This document shows positions 1 through 7,831 of a stretch of DNA of 18,673 nt, in pieces. The DNA is from a bacterium (GTDB lineage Bacteria > Zhuqueibacterota > Zhuqueibacteria > Oceanimicrobiales > Oceanimicrobiaceae), in NCBI GenBank assembly GCA_046757165.1, contig JBHHXT010000091.1, positions 1-18,673 on the forward strand, written 5' to 3'. Position numbers and translations under genes: made by a program. Numbering within the stretch: position 1 is the stretch's first letter; each line of letters starts with the position of its first letter. The notes under the pieces were generated by a model that saw nothing but the letters and a program-made list of their open reading frames with translations, was not told the DNA's origin and searched no databases.

Positions 1-43
1 TGACAAAAAGTACTAAGTCGGTGTTTTATCAAAAAGCGAACCC

Positions 44-691
44 TCACCGGCCCAGAAAGAATATCACGCCAAACTTGATGGTATACTCGTGCGCGGTGAT
101 GTCAGGAACAGAACCTGCCCCATTTTCCTCCTCTGTGGATTGCGGCAGGTTGAACATCGTCTGGTATTCAAAGCCGATATCCAGCCACGGACCGAGTCCG
201 ATATCATACTGGATGCCGCCGCCGATGTTCCACCCGAGCGCCCAGTTGTTTTCCTTCGACTCAAAAAAGGAGCGACTCTGTCCCACCTGGTTGAAGAACT
301 GACTGGTCACATTGAGTCTGAAATAGTACAGGCCGCCACTTGTTCCCGCATACACCTTGAAACTCCTGTTGCCAATCTTGTATTCTGGCCCAAAAGTCAG
401 ACGGAACCCTTCGTTTCTCAGCTCGACGTTGATGCCCAAAAACGGGTCAAAAGCTCTTTCTTTGCCAAACGTCAGGAAAGCAAAATCACCGCGGAGACCG
501 AGGTGGCCACCTAATCCACCGGTGGTGCGCACCACTTTGACGCCAAACCCGCCGCCGGTGCCCTCCACGTTTGCGAACTCGTTTTCGGGTACGGAGATCA
601 CAATATGGGGACTCACTGCCCACTGCGCCTGAACAGCGAGGGGAAGGCTTGCACTAAACAGAACAACTACCAAAACAATGGATGGTTTCAT
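44..691 (-). CDS. Outer-membrane beta-barrel protein (small, OmpA/OmpW-like fold), function unknown
   Basis: 215-aa ORF with a Sec-type signal peptide (MKPSIVLVVVLFSASLPLAVQA). Alternating Gly/aromatic beta-strand segments (GWNIGGGIQY, LDIGFEY, IKFGVIFF). AAGGA SD upstream. Confidence 0.75.
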   Translation of the reverse strand: MKPSIVLVVVLFSASLPLAVQAQWAVSPHIVISVPENEFANVEGTGGGFGVKVVRTTGGLGGHLGLRGDFAFLTFGKERAFDPFLGINVELRNEGFRLTFGPEYKIGNRSFKVYAGTSGGLYYFRLNVTSQFFNQVGQSRSFFESKENNWALGWNIGGGIQYDIGLGPWLDIGFEYQTMFNLPQSTEEENGAGSVPDITAHEYTIKFGVIFFLGR

Positions 692-736
692 GTTTAAATC
701 CTTGTCATATTCTGCTCTTAGTCAAAAAGAATACTG

Positions 737-765
737 AATATAGCCAGTTTTATTCCTGGAATCAA
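737..765 (-). promoter_or_regulatory. Putative sigma70 promoter for the beta-barrel gene
   Basis: Minus strand TTGATT-17 nt-TATATT, about 45 nt upstream of the ATG at 691. Confidence 0.5.
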
Positions 766-811
766 GGATTATTCAGGTTGGCTACAACAAAATAGACCCG
801 TACCGCTATTG

Positions 812-1124
812 TCAGTGCTGCTGTGATTTGACGCTCTGCAGGAATTCGCCAATCGTGGCGTGATTCAGTTGCTTGTATTCCGGATGCGCATCCAGCCACT
901 CGTTCAAATGCTCTTCTGACCAAACGAGATTGTCGACCGCTCAGCCCCCGCCCTGCTGAATCCAGACGAACTCGGGACTCAGCGCAGCAATTTCACCCTT
1001 TTCAAGCGTCAGATGGATTCTTTTGCTGCGGGGGCGCCTGCTTAGCCAGCCGCTCCCGGGCAAACAAGAAAAGGGCCAAACAGGTCAAACCCAGAATCAA
1101 TAAGACCAAAGATTTTCTCTTCAT
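812..1124 (-). pseudogene. Frameshifted or internally deleted small exported protein with a MerB-like C-terminal segment and an in-frame TGA (candidate selenocysteine)
   Basis: AAGGAG SD, then ATG at 1124 encoding a signal/anchor peptide (MKRKSLVLLILGLTCLALFLFA); this frame stops at 1002-1004. The +1 frame from about 1030 reads SKRIHLTLEKGEIAALSPEFVWIQQGGG-TGA(941-943)-AVDNLVWSEEHLNEWLDAHPEYKQLNHATIGEFLQSVKSQQH-stop(812-814), which resembles the C-terminal half of MerB-like proteins. Confidence 0.55.
899..928 (-). promoter_or_regulatory. Candidate bacterial SECIS element
   Basis: Hand-folded CUCGU-[UUGG bulge]-UCAGA-loop AGAGCA-UUUGA-ACGAG. The apical loop starts 26 nt after the UGA at 941-943 and has G at loop position 2. 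Confidence 0.45.
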
Positions 1125-1271
1125 CCTGTTCTCCTTTTGGTTGCGTTCCGAACTGAGGGCCTGGCCGTGCTTCCTGCCCCGGTTGCCCAAATCACGCTCA
1201 CAACCGCCGGATTGGCGACTGTTCGTGGCGGTCTGTCAGACATCTCTTTATACCGTTTGATAAACTCAATC

Positions 1272-1312
1272 TTCCACGAAAAGTCATACGACTCATATGA
1301 GTTTTCATGGAA
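1272..1312. repeat. Imperfect inverted repeat (17-bp arms, 7-nt spacer) overlapping a perfect 12-bp palindrome
   Basis: TTCCACGAAAAGTCATA-CGACTCA-TATGAGTTTTCATGGAA with 2 arm mismatches. ACTCATATGAGT at 1291-1302. Confidence 0.7.
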
Positions 1313-1390
1313 AAGTGGTTAAGAAACTTGCCAACAGCAAGAAGAAAGTTGGCCGGGCCAAGCCCCGCATGCCCCACGCAAAGGCCTCTG

Positions 1391-2419
1391 TCAGAATTTG
1401 TAGTAATACGACAAGCGCGGCATGAAATCAGTATCCGGGCTGGCACCCAGGTTGTTCTCATCATAGAGAACCACTTCCACGTTGGGCATCAGGTGGACGT
1501 TCTTGTGCGGCCGGAAGTCGAGTCCCGCAAGCAAGAAAGTGGATTTCGCCGAGCTGTCAAAAGGAAGGTAAGAAATCTTTGCCCCATCAGGATTCGGATC
1601 GAACTGACGGTCGACCCTGACATAGGTCCAGGTTTTGCTGGAGAGTCTTGCCGCCGCGAAGATCGAGCCGATCTGGAGCTGCAAGTCATCGCCACCGGCA
1701 ACCTGGCGATTCTGATGTGCAATCTGAACGCCGATTCGGAAGGTTGCGGTCTCATATCCTGCAAAGCCCTGCAGCGTGTAGCGGTTGGTCTTGCCCGGTC
1801 TCTCCTCGAAATCGACATACCCTTCGACGATAAGGCCGCTGCCTGGCTTGCCGCGCAAGGCCAGCATCACTTTCTTGCCGTCGTTGTTTTCCGAGCCGTT
1901 GCTGCTGCCGTTACCCACCATCAAGTGATAGTTGAGGCGCTTCCCGGAATCCAGGCTGCCTTTAAGGGCGAGACCGAAGTCGCGAGATGAGCCAAACTTC
2001 TGTAAATCGAGTGCGGTTTTCTCAACCGCCCGGTAGCCCCAAAAGCTTTCAACAAAACCCCACGTGGGCGTGCCGGAAATGCCCACGTAGACGGTATGGC
2101 GGTCGTGCTTCCATTTCAGGTAGGCATCTTTTACAACCGGAGTCAATTTGTCCTTGCTGGCAAAGTCGCCGGCGCTGTTCATTTCGAAGCGCAGGCGAAT
2201 GGCGAACGCTTCGCTCAACCCTTTGTCGTAAGTCAAATATATCCGGCGCAGCCAAAAGCCGTTGGCATCTTCGATTTCTTTGTTATGATTGCCAGCCATG
2301 TAGTAGTAGTCGCCAAACATATATCCTTTGATGTTGCCCTGGTCCTGTCCAAAAAGCGCAGGTGCGAGCAGCAAGAACACCACGATTGCCTGTAGCTTCA
2401 TTTCGAGTTTGTTTCTCAT
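1391..2419 (-). CDS. Outer-membrane porin, probably phosphate-related (OprO/OprP-like)
   Basis: 342-aa ORF with a signal peptide, the N-terminal 'GFWLRRIYLTY...VKDAYLKW' pattern typical of this porin group, and a C-terminal Phe (YYYKF). Directly downstream of phoBR. Confidence 0.7.
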   Translation of the reverse strand: MRNKLEMKLQAIVVFLLLAPALFGQDQGNIKGYMFGDYYYMAGNHNKEIEDANGFWLRRIYLTYDKGLSEAFAIRLRFEMNSAGDFASKDKLTPVVKDAYLKWKHDRHTVYVGISGTPTWGFVESFWGYRAVEKTALDLQKFGSSRDFGLALKGSLDSGKRLNYHLMVGNGSSNGSENNDGKKVMLALRGKPGSGLIVEGYVDFEERPGKTNRYTLQGFAGYETATFRIGVQIAHQNRQVAGGDDLQLQIGSIFAAARLSSKTWTYVRVDRQFDPNPDGAKISYLPFDSSAKSTFLLAGLDFRPHKNVHLMPNVEVVLYDENNLGASPDTDFMPRLSYYYKF

Positions 2420-2518
2420 CTGATACTTTTCTCCTGTTTTTTTCCCCGATGGCTTTCAAACCACCACCAGAACTGAATAATTGCCCCATATTGAGCTTCA
2501 CGAGAATTGATTGGCCCG

Positions 2519-4309
2519 TCATTGAGGAACGGCTGTTCCTGCGCGGGGTAGGGTAAAGCTGATTTTTGTTCCTTTCCCGACCTCGCTTTCCAGCGAGATT
2601 TTCCCCCCGTGTCGCTGAATGATATGTTTGACGATCGCCAGGCCGAGCCCGGTTCCCCCCATGACCCTGGACCGGCCCTTGGCCACACGGTAGAATCGCT
2701 CGAAGACGCGAGGCTGATCGTCACCTGGGATGCCAATCCCCCGGTCTGCGACCTCGACCTTGACTTCTGCCGTTCGCACGCTGGCTGAAATGGATATCAC
2801 GTTGCCTTTGCCGCCATACTTGATGGCGTTGTCGATGAGGTTTTCCAGCACGGTTTCAACTTCCGTGGCTATCCCCAGCACCCGTGGAAGCGTCCCGGGA
2901 AGGTTGATCTGCAGAATAAATTGGTTCTGACTATCCAGATTCTTAAAGCTGTCAGCGACCTTGGTAATCGCTGCCGCTAAATCGATTTCTTCGGTGGGCG
3001 CGTCATCTTCGACCGTTTCCAATCTGGCGAGACGCAAGAGATCCTGCACGAGTTTCGACATCCGGTCTGTGTGCCGGAGGATGATCTCGAGAAAATCACC
3101 AGACGTGCCATTTTCCAAACCCCGATTCTCTAACAACGTTTCTGTGTATCCCTTGATGGCGGTGAGGGGAGTTCGAATCTCGTGAGAGACGTTGGCGACA
3201 AAATCCCGGCGGATTTTTTCCAACTGCTTGAGGCGCGTAATATCGTGAAAGACGACCACGGCACCAGATGACTTGTCTCCAGTGCTCAAGATTGAAATAT
3301 GTGCCTCCAGATTTTTCGGGACGGGCTCGGCCAATTCGATCGATTCCACGACATCTCTCTTTTCCAGGATCGCCAGCTCGATAGCTTGCAACAGCGGCGC
3401 ATTTGGCAGGGCCTCCTTGATGGGCTTATCAACAATGGTTTCGGACACGCCAAAAATGTCTTGAAAAGACTGATTGATCAGAAGTATCCGCCCATTTCGG
3501 TCTGTGACGGTGACGCCCTCGACCATACTGTTGAGGATCGCCTGCAACTGATCCCGCTCATGTGTGATTTGGTTGACGTACTTTTGCAGGTTCTCCGCCA
3601 TCAGGTCGAGCGCGGTTCCAAGGTCGGCCAGCTCGTCGTTGCTTTGTGAGCTCATTCTTGTGGAGAAGTCGCCTGTGGCAATTCTCTTGGCAACGTCAGA
3701 CATTGCGCTCAAACGCCGCGTCATGGACTTGGAAACGATAATACCGGTCACGATGATCAGGATGAAGCCGAGCGCGCTGGCAAGCCAGATAAGCCGGTGA
3801 ATCTGGGCGATAGAGTCTTCGATCTCGGAGACGGGAACGGCCACGCGCACGACCCTCACCGGGTTCTGGAGGGTGCCGATTGGCACGGCCAGGTAAACCA
3901 AATCCAAATCCACCGTAGTGCTGTGTCGCCGGCTTTTGCCGAACCCCAGAGCCAGAGCATCGAGAACCTCTGGTCGTGTGCTGTGGTCCTCCACCTGCGG
4001 CAAATCACCCAAATCGACATCGCTGTCTCCCAGGACAGTTCCCGCACGATCGATGAGGGTCAGTCGCATCCCCAAAGTGCGCCCCATGTCGTCCGCCAGG
4101 CGGTCCGCATCTTCGCGGGTCAAGGTTGCAAAATCGCTCGCCTCCACCATTTTTCTTGCCAGGTTGAGCTCGCGTTTCCAGCGGTTTTCGAACCGTGTTT
4201 CAAAGTACGCCTCCAGCCGCGAGCTCAGATACAGGACCATAAAAAGAATGACCGCTCCGCCGACGAGCAGATGCCCGGCCATCCACTTCCACCGAATGCT
4301 GAGCTTCAT
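2519..4309 (-). CDS. phoR: Phosphate regulon sensor histidine kinase
   Basis: Two TM segments, HAMP, PAS (LNSMVEGVTVTDRNGRI), H-box FVANVSHEIRTPLT, N-box ENLIDNAIKY, G-boxes (DRGIGI, FERFYRV, GTGLGLAIVKH). Overlaps the phoB stop (ATGA). Confidence 0.93.
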   Translation of the reverse strand: MKLSIRWKWMAGHLLVGGAVILFMVLYLSSRLEAYFETRFENRWKRELNLARKMVEASDFATLTREDADRLADDMGRTLGMRLTLIDRAGTVLGDSDVDLGDLPQVEDHSTRPEVLDALALGFGKSRRHSTTVDLDLVYLAVPIGTLQNPVRVVRVAVPVSEIEDSIAQIHRLIWLASALGFILIIVTGIIVSKSMTRRLSAMSDVAKRIATGDFSTRMSSQSNDELADLGTALDLMAENLQKYVNQITHERDQLQAILNSMVEGVTVTDRNGRILLINQSFQDIFGVSETIVDKPIKEALPNAPLLQAIELAILEKRDVVESIELAEPVPKNLEAHISILSTGDKSSGAVVVFHDITRLKQLEKIRRDFVANVSHEIRTPLTAIKGYTETLLENRGLENGTSGDFLEIILRHTDRMSKLVQDLLRLARLETVEDDAPTEEIDLAAAITKVADSFKNLDSQNQFILQINLPGTLPRVLGIATEVETVLENLIDNAIKYGGKGNVISISASVRTAEVKVEVADRGIGIPGDDQPRVFERFYRVAKGRSRVMGGTGLGLAIVKHIIQRHGGKISLESEVGKGTKISFTLPRAGTAVPQ

Positions 4310-4998
4310 GGGTTGTCCTCACGGATGCGATAGCCGACGCCGCGTACGGTTTCGATGCATTCGCCGGCAGCGCCGAGTTTGGAGCGCAGTCTTCGCATAT
4401 GCGTATCCACGGTTCGGGTGAACCCTGCGTAGTCATATCCCCACACGCTTTCCAACAGCATATCCCGTGTTTGTACCCGACCTTTCCGTTCAGCCAAAAT
4501 GAGCAAGAGTTTGAACTCGGTGCTGGTCAGCTCTACCGGCGTTTGGTCGACAGATACTTGATGCCGCGGAACATCGATGACGATGTTGTCCAGCTCGATG
4601 ACTTGTTTCGCTTCGTCCGCCGGCCTCACCCGCTTCAGGATGGCTTTGACGCGCAGCACGAGCTCGCGCGGACTAAACGGTTTGGTGACATAATCATCCG
4701 CCCCCAGCTCAAATCCCACCACGCGATCGATCTCTTCACTCCTGGCCGTTAGCATGATGATCGGAATGTGACGGCTTTTCTTATCTTGTTTGAGTATCTT
4801 GCACACTTCCGTACCGGAGAGACCCGGCAGCATCAGGTCCAAAATGATCAAATCCGGTGAGACTTGTTCGATAACGGCAAGCGCTTTATCGCCCGCATCG
4901 GCCTTGTGCATGCGATATCCGGCTTGCTCCAGATGATAAGCAACCAAATCGAGGATATCCGCCTCGTCCTCCACGACGACTATTTTTTCTTTTGACAT
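4306..4998 (-). CDS. phoB: OmpR/PhoB-family response regulator
   Basis: Receiver domain (VVEDE, LIILDLMLP, GADDYVTKPF) plus winged-helix domain (RTVDTHMRRLRSKL, IETVRGVGY). Located in a pst locus. Confidence 0.92.
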   Translation of the reverse strand: MSKEKIVVVEDEADILDLVAYHLEQAGYRMHKADAGDKALAVIEQVSPDLIILDLMLPGLSGTEVCKILKQDKKSRHIPIIMLTARSEEIDRVVGFELGADDYVTKPFSPRELVLRVKAILKRVRPADEAKQVIELDNIVIDVPRHQVSVDQTPVELTSTEFKLLLILAERKGRVQTRDMLLESVWGYDYAGFTRTVDTHMRRLRSKLGAAGECIETVRGVGYRIREDNP

Positions 4999-5041
4999 GG
5001 TTCAAACATAAAATTCTTGGCGGTAATGGTCACTAATTGTG

Positions 5042-5066
5042 CGTCACCAAACTGAGTTTGGCGACG
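5042..5066. repeat. REP-like palindrome
   Basis: CGTCACCAAACT-G-AGTTTGGCGACG: 12-bp arms with one mismatch that is a G-U pair on the minus strand. Intergenic, just after the remnant ORF. Confidence 0.6.
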
Positions 5067-5072
5067 AGGTCC

Positions 5073-5228
5073 CTATTCCTCGAGTTTTTCGCTAAGCTCC
5101 TTAATTTCTTGGAGAAGCACAGAGAGATTCGGACGAGTGAAACTCATCTCTGGCGCCAAGATGCGATGGTGTTTGATGTCCGGTGGGACATGCTTTCGGT
5201 GCTCATGTGTTCTATCAGTACTTAGCAT
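5073..5228 (-). pseudogene. C-terminal remnant of a probable DUF6516/TumE-like toxin-antitoxin protein
   Basis: Open frame MLSTDRTHEHRKHVPPDIKHHRILAPEMSFTRPNLSVLLQEIKELSEKLEE-TAG, below the ORF-track cutoff. It resembles the HPHHKH-type C-terminus I recall for DUF6516 proteins. An in-frame stop at 5256-5258 leaves no N-terminal part. Confidence 0.45.
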
Positions 5229-5327
5229 TGCACTGAATCGCATCAGGTCATTTGTTCAAAGTTAACAGACACTCCGGACAAAAGCAATTCTTTCGTTCCT
5301 TTCCACGGATTGGGATTCTGTAAAGAA

Positions 5328-6104
5328 TCAACCATACCGGCCTTCGATATAATCGGCTGTTTTGGGATTGCCGGGGGTAAGAAAGAGATCCTCGGTTCGC
5401 CTGTGCTCCAGGATTTCGCCGAGCAGCATGAAAATGCATTCGTGGCTTACCCGCCGGGCTTGCGCCATGTTGTGGGTTACAATCAGAATGGTGTACTTGC
5501 CAGCCAGAGTCAGCATCAGCTCTTCGACGGCATGCGTGGCCTCGGCGTCAAGGGCAGAGCACGGTTCGTCCATCAGGATGATGCGCGGTTTCAGCGGCAG
5601 GAGGCGTGCAATACACAATTTTTGCTGCTGCTCGAGCTGCAGGGTCGTCGCTTTCACTTTCAACTTGTCTTTCAGGTTTTCCCAGAGAAAAACCTCCTTT
5701 AAAGATTGTTCCACCATTTCGTCCAGTTCGGTTTTCTTATGGGCGGAGCGTTGCGAGTGGATTCGCAGACCGAAGACGATATTTTCGTAAACGGAGATCG
5801 GCAACGGATTAGGCCGTTGAAAAACCATGCCAACGGCTTTTCGCAGATCTGGCAGCGAAACATCCGCATCGTAGACATTCTTTCCCAGAATCTTGATTTC
5901 ACCGGTGGTGGTCACATTGCCATAGCGCTCGTTGACCCGGTTAAGAGATCGCAGCAAGGTGGTTTTGCCACACCCGGACGGTCCGATCAGTGCTGTGACC
6001 AGGCCGTCGACGACCTTCATGCTGACATTAGCCAACGCCTGAAACTCACCATACCAGAGGTTGAGATTGTCGGTTTCGATGCTGTATTTTGTCTCTTCGA
6101 TCAT
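5328..6104 (-). CDS. pstB: Phosphate ABC transporter ATPase, copy with a degenerate signature motif
   Basis: Walker A GPSGCGKTT, Q-loop MVFQRPNP, Walker B ILMDEPCSALD, H-loop VTHN, C-terminal YIEGRYG. The signature reads LQLEQQQK instead of LSGGQQQR. Confidence 0.92.
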   Translation of the reverse strand: MIEETKYSIETDNLNLWYGEFQALANVSMKVVDGLVTALIGPSGCGKTTLLRSLNRVNERYGNVTTTGEIKILGKNVYDADVSLPDLRKAVGMVFQRPNPLPISVYENIVFGLRIHSQRSAHKKTELDEMVEQSLKEVFLWENLKDKLKVKATTLQLEQQQKLCIARLLPLKPRIILMDEPCSALDAEATHAVEELMLTLAGKYTILIVTHNMAQARRVSHECIFMLLGEILEHRRTEDLFLTPGNPKTADYIEGRYG

Positions 6105-6868
6105 CCGAAGCTCCCATTCACGTAATCATAGGTCATGCTGTTTGCCGGAGAATTGGAAAAGATCACCTCGTTGCTACTGATTTCCACCAGGTCACCATTG
6201 AGAAAAAAGGCCGTTCTGTCGGCCAGCCTGCGCGCCTGTTGAACCAGGTTTGTCACCAGGAGGATGGTTACCTCCGAACGTAATTCCTTCAGGACGTCTT
6301 CGATTCGCATGGTGGTCACCGGATCCACGGCAATGGAAAACTCGTCCAGGCACAGGATTTCGGGCTGGTGGGAAAGCGCCCGGGCAATGGTCAAACGCTG
6401 CTGTTGCCCCCCGGAAAGCTTGCTGCCGAGACTTCCCAACCGGTCTTTTACTTCATCCCAGAGCGCCGCCTGTCTCAGACAGCGTTCGACCAGCTCATCC
6501 AATTCGGCGCGTTTGCGCAATCCTGCCGCACGCGGTGCAAAGGCGACATTGTCGTAAATAGACAGAGGCAGCCCCACCGGTAACGGGAAAACCATGCCGA
6601 TCTTCCGGCGCAATTCGTAGACATTTCTAACCTTCTTGATATCCTCGCCGTCGATCTTCACCGTGCCGTCAGCCCTGGCCTGCGGCACGAACTCGATCAT
6701 GCGGTTGATCACCTTCAACAGGGTGGTTTTCCCCGATTGCGCCGGCCCGATAACGGCAAGGATTTCGTTTTTGTAAACATCCAGGGACACGCCCTTCAGC
6801 GCCTCTCTGGCACCGTAACGGACCCTGAGATTCGAGATTTCTATTTTCTTGCTAGAACCTTGCATCAT
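6101..6868 (-). CDS. pstB: Phosphate ABC transporter ATPase, copy with degenerate Q- and H-loops
   Basis: Walker A GPAQSGKTT, intact LSGGQQQR, Walker B ILCLDEFSIAVDP, Q-loop MVFPLP, H-loop LVTNL, C-terminal YVNGSFG. Confidence 0.9.
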   Translation of the reverse strand: MMQGSSKKIEISNLRVRYGAREALKGVSLDVYKNEILAVIGPAQSGKTTLLKVINRMIEFVPQARADGTVKIDGEDIKKVRNVYELRRKIGMVFPLPVGLPLSIYDNVAFAPRAAGLRKRAELDELVERCLRQAALWDEVKDRLGSLGSKLSGGQQQRLTIARALSHQPEILCLDEFSIAVDPVTTMRIEDVLKELRSEVTILLVTNLVQQARRLADRTAFFLNGDLVEISSNEVIFSNSPANSMTYDYVNGSFG

Positions 6869-6886
6869 ACCTCATTTGTTCAACTG

Positions 6887-7831
6887 CTACCATTTCTTCC
6901 GGGAGCGTAGATAAACCCGCAGCACGATGGCCAGGGCATTGAAAAGCAAAACCGTGCCCAGGAGCACGACCGCAGTTCCATATGACAGGGCTTCCGGCAC
7001 GTTCGGAACCTGCGTGGAAATCGTAAAGAGGTGCATGGAGAGCGCCATGCACTGGTCGAGCACGCCGTATGCGAACAGATCGCCTTCGGGTATGGCTTTG
7101 AAGAAGACAGCGCCGGTAAACATGATCGGTGCGGTCTCCCCGGCTGCCCGGGAAACTTGCAGAATAATGCCGGTCAAAATCCCGCTAATGGAGTTGGGCA
7201 GGACGATACGCCGGATGGTTTGCCAGCGCGTGGCGCCTGTGTTCCAGCACGCTTCGCGAAAGGCGAAGGGGACGGCCGCCAGGGCTTCGGTGGTGCTGGC
7301 AATAATCACCGGCAAAGTCATGATCGCCAGCGTCAGCGAGGCCGCCAGGATTGAGCGGCCCATGCCCGCAAACAAGACAAATGCGCCCAGCCCGAACAGG
7401 GCATGCACGATGCTGGGCACGCCGGCCAAATTGATGACCGCCATATTGATGATCCTCGTCAACCAATTCTCGCGTGCGTACTCGTGCAGATAAACTGCGG
7501 CTAAGATGCCGATGGGAGCGGCAACCAGCAGAGAGATGCCGACAAGATAGAGCGTGCCTAGCAGCGGCGACCAAATCCCGCCGGCACGCATGCCATGCAC
7601 CGGATTGGAAAACAGAAAATCAAACGACAGGATTGGAAACGCCTTGTAAAAAAGATAACCGACAATCAACAGCAGCGGCAAGATCATCAGGGCTGTCATC
7701 GAGAAGAACACAGCCCGGGCGACCTGCTCGCTGAGCCTCTTTTTGCGAACCAGCGCCGTTTCGGTAAACAACGGCTGCGTGTGTATCTCGGGCTGCACGG
7801 TTCCGTGCCATATCAGTTCATGTGTTTTCAT
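6887..7831 (-). CDS. pstA: Phosphate ABC transporter permease
   Basis: GGIWSPLLGT, AVYLHEY, LAGVPSIVHALFG, an EAA-like loop (REACWNTGATRWQ) and RAAGETAP. Confidence 0.93.
   Translation of the reverse strand: MKTHELIWHGTVQPEIHTQPLFTETALVRKKRLSEQVARAVFFSMTALMILPLLLIVGYLFYKAFPILSFDFLFSNPVHGMRAGGIWSPLLGTLYLVGISLLVAAPIGILAAVYLHEYARENWLTRIINMAVINLAGVPSIVHALFGLGAFVLFAGMGRSILAASLTLAIMTLPVIIASTTEALAAVPFAFREACWNTGATRWQTIRRIVLPNSISGILTGIILQVSRAAGETAPIMFTGAVFFKAIPEGDLFAYGVLDQCMALSMHLFTISTQVPNVPEALSYGTAVVLLGTVLLFNALAIVLRVYLRSRKKW

Noticed and set aside
762..1004. Read-through of the signal-peptide frame gives A-TGA-K-G-TGA-N-C-C, a second apparent UxxU
   Set aside because: The downstream translation (AESRVRLDSAGRGLSGRQSRLVRR...) is Arg/Ser-rich like a wrong frame, while the +1 frame is protein-like. 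Probably coincidence, but cheap to test by tBLASTn.
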